54,328 bases of DNA from Thermoplasmatota archaeon (GCA_036138175.1 JAZAAK010000039.1:1-54328); one strand, 5' to 3'; counted from the first letter of the stretch, positions 1 through 10,056 are shown. The notes: generated by a model not told the origin, from the sequence alone. Program-made: numbers and translations.

Positions 1-749
1 ATGCAGATAGTATTTCTGACAGCATCGAAGGATTGTGTGGTTCAGCTCCTTTAGATGGAAATTCACTACCAAGTGATTCAGATGGTGATGGCGATTGTGA
101 TAGTATTGATGCTGATGACGATAATGATGGAATAAGCGATTCAGATGAAGTTGCAAACGGAACTAACCCTCTAAATTCAGATAGTGATGATGATGGGGTT
201 GGAGATTATGAGGATAAATTCCCAGTCGATTACAGTGAATGGAAAGACTCGGACGAGGACGGAGTTGGGGATAACGCCGATACTGATGATGATGGAGATG
301 GCTGGCCAGACTCTGTAGAGGATAATTGTGGCTCGGATTCAATGGACTCTCTATCAACTCCAGATGACCTCGATGATGATGGAATGTGTGATGAACAAGA
401 CCCTGATGATGACGGAGATGGTTTCGGAGACGATGTCGATGATTTCCCCCTTGATGGCACAGAATGGGTAGATTCAGATGGTGACGGTGTTGGAGACAAT
501 GCCGATGAAGACGATGACGATGACGGTTTTTCAGATTCAACGGAAGAAACATGCCTGACAGATTCAATGAATTCTAGTTCAAGGCCAATTGATACTGATG
601 GCGACGGAATTTGTGACGGAGTGGATCCAGACAATACAGATGGCCCTGATTATGTCCCAGAGGACAACAATACCCCTGGATTTGGATTAGTTTTGGCAAC
701 CCTAGCTATGCTTTGTGCAGCGATGATTGTCGGACGCAGGCGACAGTGA
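1..749 (+). CDS. Acidic thrombospondin type-3-like (Ca-binding) repeat surface protein with PGF-CTERM sorting signal; 5'-truncated by window edge
   Basis: Frame is open from position 3 (ADSISDSIEGLCG...). DxDxDG repeats. C-terminus TPGFG + hydrophobic helix + RRRQ matches the PGF-CTERM/archaeosortase A pattern. Confidence 0.85.
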   Translation, partial: ADSISDSIEGLCGSAPLDGNSLPSDSDGDGDCDSIDADDDNDGISDSDEVANGTNPLNSDSDDDGVGDYEDKFPVDYSEWKDSDEDGVGDNADTDDDGDGWPDSVEDNCGSDSMDSLSTPDDLDDDGMCDEQDPDDDGDGFGDDVDDFPLDGTEWVDSDGDGVGDNADEDDDDDGFSDSTEETCLTDSMNSSSRPIDTDGDGICDGVDPDNTDGPDYVPEDNNTPGFGLVLATLAMLCAAMIVGRRRQ

Positions 750-781
750 AGGCCAAAAGGCCGAGTTAACGCCGTACCTCA

Positions 782-3421
782 ATGACTTCTCGACGTAAGG
801 TGTCAATGGTATTGATTCTACTAATTGTTTTAGCTGTGCCACAAGATGCATTTGGGAACTCAGGTGGAAGGACTGGATCAGCCTCTTCAGGATGTGCCTG
901 CCATGGTGGGGGAGCAAACCAAGTAACACCCAGTTTGAGTGGATTGCCTGCCGATGGATATGTTGCAAGTAGTACCTATGGATTGACCATAGGGGGAACT
1001 GGAGGACCATCAGGAAGTGGCGGAGGGTTCAACCTAGACGCAGATTTAGGTAGCTTTAGCAACCCTGGTTCTAACGCCCAGATTTCGAATGGTGAAGTCA
1101 CCCACAGTAACGCAAACTCACGAACATGGACCGTAGATTGGACCGCTCCTCCATCTGGGTCAGGTAATGTCACCTTCGATTTGACTGTCAATTTTGTAAA
1201 CGGTAATGGGAATACCGGTGGTGATGGATATGGCACAGATTCTTGGAGCATAGCAGAAGAGGCATCGGATTCTGACGGAGATGGTTGGAGTGATGCTGAC
1301 GAAGGCGCATGTGGTACAGATGCAAATGATAGCTCTAGTACCCCTACTGACACTGATGGCGATGGTATCTGTGATCCAGTAGACTCTGATGATGACGACG
1401 ATGGTTGGAGTGATAGTGCCGAAAATGCATGTGGTTCTAATCCAAATGATGCGAGCTCAATTCCAGATGATACTGATAGCGATGGCACCTGTGATTCAAT
1501 GGATACAGATGACGATAATGATGGTTGGAGTGACTCGGATGAAGATGACTGTGGCAGTAATTCTACCGATTCTAGTTCCACCCCAAACGATACCGATTCG
1601 GACGGAATATGCGACCCATTAGACCTTGATGATGATAATGATGGGTGGAACGACATTGACGAATTAAATTGCAACACCGACTCAACCAACTCTAGCTCAA
1701 CGCCTGTAGATACCGACGGAGATGGAATCTGCAATCACTTGGATGACGATGACGATGGAGATGGTTGGCAGGATTCTGATGAAGTGGCCTGTGGAACTGA
1801 CTCCACCGACTCTACGTCATATCCCCTTGATACTGATTCAGATGGCACCTGTAATTCTTTAGATACAGACGATGATAATGATGGATGGTTGGATATTGAT
1901 GAGATTCTTTGTGGAACAAATACCACCGATTTCGAGAGTTATCCGACTGATACAGATTCAGACGGAATTTGTGATGTTGAAGATTTAGATGATGATGGAG
2001 ACGGATACAATGATACCGTCGATGAATTCCCACTCGACTCTACAGAATGGATAGATACAGATAATGATGGTTTAGGAGATAATTCTGATTTCGACGATGA
2101 TGGAGATGGTTGGGATGATGAGGTTGAGAATTATTGTCTAACCAACCCCCTGAGTAGTTCTGAGTATCCCATAGATACAGACGGAGATGGGAATTGTGAC
2201 TCACAGGACGATGATGACGATGGAGACGGAGTCTTAGATGTCGATGACCTCTTTCCATTGAATGCTACAGAATTTTCTGATTTTGACATGGATGGCGTTG
2301 GAGATAATGCAGATCTAGATGACGATAATGATGGATGGACGGATTCAGATGAAGCAGTTTGTGGCACAGACCCTAGAGACAGTTTAGTTTTGCCAGATGA
2401 TTTTGATAGTGACATGATTTGTGATGTAGTCGATGATGATGATGATAATGATGGGTTCACAGATGATAATGATGTATTCCCGATGAATGCTGCGGAATGG
2501 TTGGACACTGACTTTGATAGTCTTGGAGATAACGAAGATGAAGATGATGATGGCGATGGATGGACAGATCAAGATGAGGCAAATTGCTCAACAGATTCTC
2601 TGGATGAAAAGTCTACCCCGATTGATTCTGATTCTGATTCTGAATGTAACTACTTGGATTCTGACGATGACGGAGATGGAGTGGAGGATGTGAATGACGT
2701 ATTTCCTCTAGATCCATTCGAATCTAGCGATATGGACGGAGACGGGATCGGAGATAATTCCGATAGTGATAGAGATGGCGATGGGGTAGATAATGAACAA
2801 GATTCATTCCCTGATAATCCACTTGAAACAACTGATACTGATGGGGATGGAACTGGAGATAATTCCGATGATGATGATGACGGTGATGGCTGGAGTGATG
2901 AGTACGAGATCTCTACTGGATATGACCCTCTGGACGCCTCATCATCACCTGTAGATACAGATGGAGATGGAGTAACCGACAATTCAGATACAGATGATGA
3001 CAATGATGGATTCTCAGATGCTGAAGAAACTGCCTGCGCCTCTGATCCATTAGACTTCGATTCAGTACCAGCAAACTTCGATGGAGATAGTAAGTGTGAC
3101 GAATTAGACGATGATGACGATAATGACGGTGTGGCGGACGTATTCGATGATTTCCAATTCGATTCATTAGAGCACAAAGATACCGATGGAGATGGTGAAG
3201 GAGATAATTCGGACTTCGACGACGATAACGATGGATGGTCAGACTATGCAGAACAACAATGCCTTACAATTTCCACCGATGCTAGTAGTGTTCCAGATGA
3301 TTCTGATGGAGATGGTATTTGTGACCTCAATGAAGACGATGATGGCGGATTATTGCCAGGATTTGGACTGTTGACTGCTATTTCCATGCTTAGCCTTGCT
3401 GCTTTCGCTAGAAGGGATTGA
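782..3421 (+). CDS. Secreted surface protein: signal peptide, N-terminal Reeler/choice-of-anchor-V-like domain (GCACH), 18 TSP3-like acidic repeats, PGF-CTERM
   Basis: Basic + hydrophobic N-terminus; GCACHGG and WTVDWTAPPSGSGNVTF; DxDxDG repeats; ends LPGFGLLTAISMLSLAAFARRD. Confidence 0.85.
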   Translation: MTSRRKVSMVLILLIVLAVPQDAFGNSGGRTGSASSGCACHGGGANQVTPSLSGLPADGYVASSTYGLTIGGTGGPSGSGGGFNLDADLGSFSNPGSNAQISNGEVTHSNANSRTWTVDWTAPPSGSGNVTFDLTVNFVNGNGNTGGDGYGTDSWSIAEEASDSDGDGWSDADEGACGTDANDSSSTPTDTDGDGICDPVDSDDDDDGWSDSAENACGSNPNDASSIPDDTDSDGTCDSMDTDDDNDGWSDSDEDDCGSNSTDSSSTPNDTDSDGICDPLDLDDDNDGWNDIDELNCNTDSTNSSSTPVDTDGDGICNHLDDDDDGDGWQDSDEVACGTDSTDSTSYPLDTDSDGTCNSLDTDDDNDGWLDIDEILCGTNTTDFESYPTDTDSDGICDVEDLDDDGDGYNDTVDEFPLDSTEWIDTDNDGLGDNSDFDDDGDGWDDEVENYCLTNPLSSSEYPIDTDGDGNCDSQDDDDDGDGVLDVDDLFPLNATEFSDFDMDGVGDNADLDDDNDGWTDSDEAVCGTDPRDSLVLPDDFDSDMICDVVDDDDDNDGFTDDNDVFPMNAAEWLDTDFDSLGDNEDEDDDGDGWTDQDEANCSTDSLDEKSTPIDSDSDSECNYLDSDDDGDGVEDVNDVFPLDPFESSDMDGDGIGDNSDSDRDGDGVDNEQDSFPDNPLETTDTDGDGTGDNSDDDDDGDGWSDEYEISTGYDPLDASSSPVDTDGDGVTDNSDTDDDNDGFSDAEETACASDPLDFDSVPANFDGDSKCDELDDDDDNDGVADVFDDFQFDSLEHKDTDGDGEGDNSDFDDDNDGWSDYAEQQCLTISTDASSVPDDSDGDGICDLNEDDDGGLLPGFGLLTAISMLSLAAFARRD
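1268..3335 (+). repeat. Coding tandem array of 40-aa (120 nt) Cys-paired units and 35-aa Cys-free units
   Basis: GATGG(T/A/G)TGG recurs at exact 120-nt spacing over about 1280-1890. Manual parse gives 12 units of 40 aa and 6 units of 35 aa. Confidence 0.85.
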
Positions 3422-3422
3422 G

Positions 3423-3498
3423 TGGCGCCGACAGCAGGACTCGAACCTGCGACCTGCGGATTAACAGTCCGCCGCTCCACCAACTAAGCTATGTCGGC
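3423..3498 (-). tRNA. tRNA-Asn(GTT)
   Basis: Reverse complement GCCGACATAGCTTAGTTGG...GCGGA-CT-GTT-AA-TCCGC...GTTCGAGTCC...GTCGGCGCCA; cloverleaf with encoded CCA. Confidence 0.97.
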
Positions 3499-3545
3499 CC
3501 AGCCTGCGGCTGGAACATTCCTTCATCAATCAATCGGCTGTAATG

Positions 3546-3812
3546 TCAAGACTCAGAATCTAATAATTTGCGTTTGGTTGCAATTCCGCCATCTCCACTA
3601 TAACCTCCAATAGAACCATCACTACGAATTACACGATGGCAGGGGACCATAGGTGCATATGGATTGGAAGCACAGGCATTAGCAACTGCTCTAGATGATC
3701 TTGGACGGCCTATGGCAATGGCAATTTGTTTGTAGGTTCTAACTTCTCCATATGGAATTTTGAGTAATTCATTCCATACTTTAAGTTGGAAGGTTGTACC
3801 CTCCATTTCCAA
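3546..3812 (-). CDS. ogt: Methylated-DNA--protein-cysteine methyltransferase (MGMT), C-terminal domain only
   Basis: FQLKVW..IPYGEVRTY, RAVANAC, active-site PCHRV, GGYSG. Confidence 0.93.
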   Translation of the reverse strand: MEMEGTTFQLKVWNELLKIPYGEVRTYKQIAIAIGRPRSSRAVANACASNPYAPMVPCHRVIRSDGSIGGYSGDGGIATKRKLLDSES

Positions 3813-3816
3813 AAAA

Positions 3817-4773
3817 TCACTCCCATTCTATGGTCCCAGGTGGTTTGTGAGTAATGTCATAAACTACTCTGTTCACCTGTCCCTTCAACGAATTAGTAAT
3901 CTCAGTACTAATTCCCGCAAGCACATCGTGTGGTATTGGAGAGTAACGTGCGGACATACCGTCTAGACTTGTGACTGCGCGTACAACTACTGTTTCACCA
4001 TGTACTCTAGCATCGCCATGAACACCTACGGAACGAACAGGTAGGAGAGCGGCAAAGTATTGCCAAGGAAGGTCACATTTTCTTTCATCCGCTGCCTCAC
4101 GTATTCGAGTCTCAACAATATGGCAGGCTTCACGACAGGCCTCAACACGAGGCCGGGTTAAGTCTCCGAGTACTCTAACGGCCAATCCAGGACCAGGGAA
4201 TGGTTGCCTTTCACTTGACTTGATACCAAGTTCTCTAGCGATTTGACGAATCTCATCTTTGTAAAATTCTCGTAGAGGTTCAACAATTTTCAAATCAACA
4301 TCTTCTGGTAACCCTCCTACATTGTGGTGACTCTTGATGACGTCTCGCTCACCACCACCTGACTCGATCCAATCTGGAGCAATAGTTCCCTGAACCAGAA
4401 ATTTTGCCCCGCAGTTGCTCTGTTCTTCCTCGAACACGCGAATGAATTGTTCACCAATGACCTTACGCTTTTCTTCAGGATCTGTAACTCCTTCTAAGTT
4501 GGTAAAGAAGCGATCGGAAGCATCGACGACCTGTAAATCAATGCCCATTTCCTTGAACATCTCACGAACTTCTTCCGTCTCCCCTTTGCGCATAAATCCA
4601 GTATCGACATAGACACAATGCAGAAGACTCCCCACAGCACGGTGGGCTAAGACCGCAGCAACTGTGCTGTCAATACCTCCTGAACAGGCAATGATTGCAG
4701 TGTCATTAATTTGCGATTCCAGAGCTTCGATGGCCTCATCGACTAGCATCTGGGTGTTCATCAATGACTTCAC
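3817..4773 (-). CDS. guaAB: GMP synthase (glutamine-hydrolysing) subunit B, ATP pyrophosphatase
   Basis: SGGIDS PP-loop, [23 protein letters not shown]-terminal KPPGTIEWE; no GATase domain (archaeal split type). Confidence 0.96.
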   Translation of the reverse strand: MKSLMNTQMLVDEAIEALESQINDTAIIACSGGIDSTVAAVLAHRAVGSLLHCVYVDTGFMRKGETEEVREMFKEMGIDLQVVDASDRFFTNLEGVTDPEEKRKVIGEQFIRVFEEEQSNCGAKFLVQGTIAPDWIESGGGERDVIKSHHNVGGLPEDVDLKIVEPLREFYKDEIRQIARELGIKSSERQPFPGPGLAVRVLGDLTRPRVEACREACHIVETRIREAADERKCDLPWQYFAALLPVRSVGVHGDARVHGETVVVRAVTSLDGMSARYSPIPHDVLAGISTEITNSLKGQVNRVVYDITHKPPGTIEWE

Positions 4774-5243
4774 CCCTGAATAGACTCATCGTCTGAAATT
4801 ACTTTTGCAGTCATCGCTGATCTGTAATCGGCATATGCTGCTGCTAGAGATTCGTTGGAAGTAGCCAGAATTTGTACAGCCAAAGCACCTGCATTATCAC
4901 CACGGTCTACACCTACGGTTGCAACCGGCATTCCGGGCGGCATTTGAACAATTGATAGAAGAGAGTCGAGAGGGACCTTTCCACCAACTGGAACACCGAT
5001 TACCGGCTTAGTAGTCATCGAAGCGATTACTCCAGGGAGTGCGGCTGCGACACCTGCCATTCCAATGAAAACCTGACAACCATCGGCTTCTGCTTTCTCA
5101 ATTATCCCTTCCAAATATTTGGGTGCTCGATGGGCTGATGCAACTCTAATTTGGTAGCTGACATTGAACTTTTCCAGCACCCCTCTGCATTTCTCAGCGA
5201 TTGGCATGTCTGACTTTGAACCGAGAACAACACATATGTCCAT
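4770..5243 (-). CDS. purE: N5-CAIR mutase / AIR carboxylase
   Basis: [34 protein letters not shown]; start set at MDICVV. Confidence 0.96.
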   Translation of the reverse strand: MDICVVLGSKSDMPIAEKCRGVLEKFNVSYQIRVASAHRAPKYLEGIIEKAEADGCQVFIGMAGVAAALPGVIASMTTKPVIGVPVGGKVPLDSLLSIVQMPPGMPVATVGVDRGDNAGALAVQILATSNESLAAAYADYRSAMTAKVISDDESIQG

Positions 5244-5301
5244 GCTACAGCGCATAACGGCCGGTTAAAATGCCTGCCGAAAGCAACGACTGCAAAATCT
5301 A

Positions 5302-6165
5302 CTAATCAGTTATTCCAAGGAACCTCTCCGACCACGCCTCCCCAGCAATCAGCAATGGTGGCGAGGAAAGAAGTGAAGCAAAGCGAGGGTCTGAAACAAA
5401 TGTGTCGGAAAAAGCATCATGTATCGTACCTACACGGTGCATAAGAGTGAATGCCACAAACCTCGAGTCGCCTCGAGTTACCCCAATTAAATTCGCTGTA
5501 TATTCAGGAAGCGCACCCTCCCAGCGTGCGAGTGTACCGTTTCTGAAATTAGTTGAAACGCCCATCCAACCATCATTTAGCACTGCTTCGGAGTAGTCTT
5601 CTGGAATGATTGGAAGAAGCCACCGGGCAGAGTTCTCACCCGCCACTGAAATGAGGTTCTGAATTGTGCGATATTGGGCGAAAGCAAAAAGTAGAAACGA
5701 AAGCCAACCGAAGCGGCTATCGATTAGAATATGTAGTAAGAAAAATATTGCAGCTGGAAGCATTAGTACGATGTCAAAGGGATAGAATTTTTTCAATAAT
5801 CCTTCAACAGGAATCGGTAAACCATCTTGCAATTTCCGAAAACCAAGTAACAATAGAAACCAACTAGCAGAGAATAATGATATTGCCACCAATTGATCAT
5901 CTGGAGTACGCCCTGGAAATGCCAAAGGTATAGCAGAAGCGATGAAGAAAAATGGAGCCCATGCAGTTGTGTACAGTATTCTTGGCCCTAATGGCTGTAG
6001 CCTTTGTCTCATCCAACCTCTACCAACTTCAGAGCTAGAGGCTATATCCCAATTTTCTCCTGGATTTTCTTCTCCAACTAGATGCTCCGGTGTTGATTCG
6101 CTAGCAGGATACCATAGGGCTTGGCCCCTCATCCATTCCGAGTCGCGAGTCCCCTTCACAGCCAA
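5302..6165 (-). CDS. Hypothetical membrane protein (about 4 TM segments)
   Basis: 287-aa ORF filling the gap between purE and gcvPB; several hydrophobic segments; no recognised motif. Confidence 0.7.
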   Translation of the reverse strand: MAVKGTRDSEWMRGQALWYPASESTPEHLVGEENPGENWDIASSSEVGRGWMRQRLQPLGPRILYTTAWAPFFFIASAIPLAFPGRTPDDQLVAISLFSASWFLLLLGFRKLQDGLPIPVEGLLKKFYPFDIVLMLPAAIFFLLHILIDSRFGWLSFLLFAFAQYRTIQNLISVAGENSARWLLPIIPEDYSEAVLNDGWMGVSTNFRNGTLARWEGALPEYTANLIGVTRGDSRFVAFTLMHRVGTIHDAFSDTFVSDPRFASLLSSPPLLIAGEAWSERFLGITD

Positions 6166-6217
6166 CGCGTTAGGTTGCTCATATTTGGTTCGCGCAGATT
6201 GAATTCTGTGTTAGATA

Positions 6218-7714
6218 TCAATCGTTGAATTCCTTACGCAATACTAGACTTCTAGCTGCAAGTACTTCATCCACCCGCCTAACATCTGTATTGTGTGGTG
6301 CGGATTGAACGACTTCTGGATCTTCACTGAGAATAGACAAGAAGTCATCAGCGAATTTATCCAATACTTCCCGGCTTTCGGTTTCAGTTGGTTCTATCAT
6401 CAAACATTCTGGAACGATCATCGGGAAGTAAAGTGTTGGTGACATATAGCCATAGTCGAGTAGGCGTTTTGCAATGTCTTTTCCTGTAACTCCAGTAGTT
6501 TCCTTTAGAGGCATCATGCTTAATGTAAATTCATGCTTGACAAACTCGGCAGGTGCACCATCAACAGGCATTGAGTGAATGGAGTTCAACTGTTCTTGGG
6601 TTGGATTCATAATTTGATGTCGTAGATAATTTGCATTCAGAACAGCGTGCTCACTCATCAATTCTAATTCTCTACCATATCGGCGATAGTATGCCCATGC
6701 TCGAACAACAGCCCCAGCATTTCCATGCCACTGCTGGACCTTACCGATAGAATCGGTTGGGGTTCGCCAAAAGTACCGATAACCATCTCCTGTAGCGCCG
6801 CCATCTTCGGTCTCTTCTCTGTCAGCAATTGGAGATGGAAGGAAGTCGGCTAGATGTGCCTTTACTCCGATTGGACCGCTTCCTGGACCTCCACCGCCGT
6901 GTGGCTGACTGAAGGTCTTGTGAAGATTATAGTGCACTGCATCGAATCCCATTCTACCTGGGTCTGTTTTGCCTAGAATTGCGTTGAAGTTGGCTCCATC
7001 GTAGTACATTTGTCCGCCCGCGGCGTGAACGATTTCTGCCGCTTCAGCAATTTCGGGCTCAAATATACCAAGCGTACTTGGATTGGTGATCATCATCGCT
7101 GCTGTGTCATCTCCAACCGCCGCTCTGAGGGCCTCGAGATCTAGACGTCCGTCTTCACCGCTTGGAATTTCTACAATTTCGTAACCACACATTGCGGCAG
7201 ATGCGGGATTTGTTCCATGAGCTGAATCAGGTACAATCACCTTGTCCCGTTGTTCATCGCCATTTCGGCGATGGTATTCTTGAATACATCGAATAGCAGT
7301 GAACTCGCCCTGTGCTCCGGCAACTGGTTGTAGAGTTACTTTATCCATTCCAGCACAAATCGCCAACATTTCCTGCATCTCATAGTAGATGGAAAGTAAA
7401 CCCTGAATTTGATGCTCGGGTTGTAAGGGATGTATCCTATCAATTCCAGGTAGTTGTACAACCCTTTCATTGATTCTTGGATTGTGCTTCATAGTACAGG
7501 ACCCTAGTGGATAAAATCCTGTATCAATTCCAAAATTTCGTTGTGACAATAATGTGTAATGGCGGACTAATTCAGGCTCACTGGCTCGAGGCCATCGAGG
7601 AAGATTCGAGCGGCGTAAAGAGGCCGGCACAGTGTTTATTGCATCCTCCTTCATTGGTTCTGGTTGAGACCAGCCAGAGCCCTTTGCTCCATTAAACTCG
7701 AAGATATCACTCAT
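6218..7714 (-). CDS. gcvPB: Glycine dehydrogenase (decarboxylating) subunit 2
   Basis: YPLGSCTMKHN, SAHGTNPASA, PLP-lysine NLHKTF, PHGGGGPG, IEPTETE; ATG overlaps the gcvPA stop (ATGA). Confidence 0.97.
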   Translation of the reverse strand: MSDIFEFNGAKGSGWSQPEPMKEDAINTVPASLRRSNLPRWPRASEPELVRHYTLLSQRNFGIDTGFYPLGSCTMKHNPRINERVVQLPGIDRIHPLQPEHQIQGLLSIYYEMQEMLAICAGMDKVTLQPVAGAQGEFTAIRCIQEYHRRNGDEQRDKVIVPDSAHGTNPASAAMCGYEIVEIPSGEDGRLDLEALRAAVGDDTAAMMITNPSTLGIFEPEIAEAAEIVHAAGGQMYYDGANFNAILGKTDPGRMGFDAVHYNLHKTFSQPHGGGGPGSGPIGVKAHLADFLPSPIADREETEDGGATGDGYRYFWRTPTDSIGKVQQWHGNAGAVVRAWAYYRRYGRELELMSEHAVLNANYLRHQIMNPTQEQLNSIHSMPVDGAPAEFVKHEFTLSMMPLKETTGVTGKDIAKRLLDYGYMSPTLYFPMIVPECLMIEPTETESREVLDKFADDFLSILSEDPEVVQSAPHNTDVRRVDEVLAARSLVLRKEFND

Positions 7715-9084
7715 GCAGACACCTCCTCTACCCAAGCGGATAGAGCAGAAACTAGGGCATCGATATCCGATGTTGTAGTTCTTTCATCACAGCCTATTAA
7801 CAAGCAGGATGACATTGAATCCCACCATTCACCCATCGGGAATCCGCCAAGAACTCCAGCAGCATCCATATGAGCGACGGCATCGCTCGCATCGCCTGGT
7901 AACTTGACAGAAAACTCTCGGAAATTAGGAGTATCAGGGTCAACTAATTCGACTCCATCAATTCCGCATATGGCTTGTTTTGCGATTTCGGTTGTAGCGG
8001 CAACTCGAAGGGCTAGTTTCTCCAAGCCTTCCGGTCCGAGCAGTGACATATGCATTGCTCCCATTAGGGCGATTAGAGTTTCATTAGAACAAATATTGGA
8101 AGTTGCTCTGTGACGGCGAATATGTTGCTCGCGAGTTGATAATGTCAAAGTGAAAGCATCCTTTCCATCTTCGTCAAGGGTTTTACCAACAATTCTCCCG
8201 GGCATTAGTCTAAGGTAGTCCTTTTTACAAGCAAATAGGCCGTAAATTGGTCCGCCAGCAGTCGGCCCTATTCCAAATGGTTGGCCTTCTCCTACTACGA
8301 TATCGGCACCGTAATTTCCGGGCGCTTCAACAATCCCTAGAGATACAGCATCAACCCCGACGATTAGAGCAGTGTTTTCGCCGATGATTTCCTTCAAGCG
8401 AGTAATACCTTCATCGAGTTCCCCGAAGGCATTCGGTTGTTCAACATAAACCGCACATGCACCTTCTGCTGAAGAGGCGGCATCTAGGTTTACTCTACCA
8501 TTTGAATCGTGTTCTAAAGTACGCAATTCTATTCCGACTCCTTGGGTGTAATTTTCGATTACAGACAATCGATGAGGAGGTACAAATTGTGAGATGTAGA
8601 CAACTCCTTTCTGAGTGGCTTTGCGACCTTTTACTCGAACTGCACAAGTAATGGCTTCTGCAGCGGCTGTGCTAGCATCATACATCGAGACGTTTGACAC
8701 AGGCAACCCAACTAATTCTGAGACCATAGTCTGGAATTCCCACATAGCCTGTAGCATTCCTTGGCTGACCTCTGGCTGGTAAGGTGTGTAGGAGGTCAGG
8801 AACTCTCCACGAGTTGCGAGCATAGGCACCATAGTAGGAACAAAGTTTCGAGCTAGACCAGCAGAAAGGAAAGATGGTCTGGAATCAAGATCTATGTTAG
8901 CTCCGAGTAAATGTTGTGCATCTGCCCAAATTTCCTCTTCGGATTGGGGTTCCCGCAGAGGTAGTGGATCAACTCTACGGACACCTTCTGGTATATCTGA
9001 GAATAAATCATCAATCGACTTTAGCCCCATAGAATGGAGCATCTCTTCCTCTCTGCCTAGATTTGGTAATTGGTCCATCCACAC
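7711..9084 (-). CDS. gcvPA: Glycine dehydrogenase (decarboxylating) subunit 1
   Basis: TSYTPYQPEVSQG, MYDASTAAAEA, TREQHIRR.RATSNICSN. Confidence 0.97.
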   Translation of the reverse strand: MWMDQLPNLGREEEMLHSMGLKSIDDLFSDIPEGVRRVDPLPLREPQSEEEIWADAQHLLGANIDLDSRPSFLSAGLARNFVPTMVPMLATRGEFLTSYTPYQPEVSQGMLQAMWEFQTMVSELVGLPVSNVSMYDASTAAAEAITCAVRVKGRKATQKGVVYISQFVPPHRLSVIENYTQGVGIELRTLEHDSNGRVNLDAASSAEGACAVYVEQPNAFGELDEGITRLKEIIGENTALIVGVDAVSLGIVEAPGNYGADIVVGEGQPFGIGPTAGGPIYGLFACKKDYLRLMPGRIVGKTLDEDGKDAFTLTLSTREQHIRRHRATSNICSNETLIALMGAMHMSLLGPEGLEKLALRVAATTEIAKQAICGIDGVELVDPDTPNFREFSVKLPGDASDAVAHMDAAGVLGGFPMGEWWDSMSSCLLIGCDERTTTSDIDALVSALSAWVEEVSA

Positions 9085-9210
9085 GCACCTCTAGCCCTTT
9101 GGCGGTCCTGCTGAATTGCGGGTGGTGCTTCAATAGTTCGTTCAACAAATCAAACACTACTTACCGACACACTCTTAGGTTATGGAAGAAGGTCGACTAT
9201 TGGTGATACA

Positions 9211-10056
9211 ATGAAGGTCGCTGTTAGCGCGCCCGATAGGTTCGTTGCTCCATATATATTGGATATGCTTGGAGACTCGGCTGTAGAGATTCCACCTGAG
9301 GCTATGGAAGACCAAATGACGCTGGATGCACTGCTAACATCATGTAATGCAATTGTTCACATTAATTCCAAACCAATAGACTCTACCTTCAGCAGAGACG
9401 ATCGAGAAACATTACTTCGAATGCGGGAGCAATCAAGACCGATTTTGGATGCAGTCGACCGACATGGAGAATTACATCTAATCATTGTTGGAACTCTCAG
9501 AGTACACCCACAATGGGAGCCAGATGAGCCATATTATGGGTACGATTCTACACTCGCTCCAAGAGATACTGCTGCTGAAGGGCAGTTATGGATGGAAGAG
9601 ATGGCGCTTGAGCGAGCGCAAGCCGAGAGGCCTGTCAGCATCATACGCGCTTCAAACGTACAAGGAGTCCTTCTCGATGGTTCCGAAGCCAATGGATTAC
9701 TACATCAATGGGCAATGGAATGTATGATGGGTTGGATAAACATCCCTGGAGATGGCTCTGATGTCAAGGATTTTGTTCACGTACAAGATCTCGTGACGAT
9801 AATCGGAGCTGTGTTAGAGAACCCCCCACCTACCCGCGAGAGCATCTCCGTTGGTTCTGGCAAGGCAATCAGTATGGCTGATCTTGCAGCGATGTATAAT
9901 CAAAAGACCGGATGCGAATCTGAATATGGACAGGATGATTCACAAGAAGTGTTCGGAATAGTAGATGCTAGAGAACTAGAAATGAGATTTGGCTTCTCAC
10001 CAGAAATCAGTCTCGAAGAAATGCTACAAGAAGCTTTCGAATTCGCCGGTCATTGA
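9211..10056 (+). CDS. Extended-SDR / NAD-dependent epimerase-fold protein with degenerate cofactor and catalytic motifs
   Basis: GDGSDVKDFVHVQD, ISVGSGKAISMADLA and FGFSPEISLEEML match the epimerase C-terminal half; GxxGxxG and YxxxK are absent. Confidence 0.75.
   Translation: MKVAVSAPDRFVAPYILDMLGDSAVEIPPEAMEDQMTLDALLTSCNAIVHINSKPIDSTFSRDDRETLLRMREQSRPILDAVDRHGELHLIIVGTLRVHPQWEPDEPYYGYDSTLAPRDTAAEGQLWMEEMALERAQAERPVSIIRASNVQGVLLDGSEANGLLHQWAMECMMGWINIPGDGSDVKDFVHVQDLVTIIGAVLENPPPTRESISVGSGKAISMADLAAMYNQKTGCESEYGQDDSQEVFGIVDARELEMRFGFSPEISLEEMLQEAFEFAGH

Noticed and set aside
1268-2000. 120-nt periodicity resembling a CRISPR or other non-coding array
   Set aside because: Units are degenerate at synonymous positions and lie in frame in a CDS; there are no identical repeats with unique spacers and no cas operon.
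163-3177. Many Ser/Pro- or His-rich ORFs on the minus strand and alternate frames
   Set aside because: Shadow frames of the GAT/GAC-rich Asp repeats of the two surface proteins.
3244-3483. Short ORFs overlapping tRNA genes (also 22678-22887, 27627-27956, 50035-50505, 50088-50276)
   Set aside because: They translate tRNA sequence; the cloverleaf structures explain these regions.
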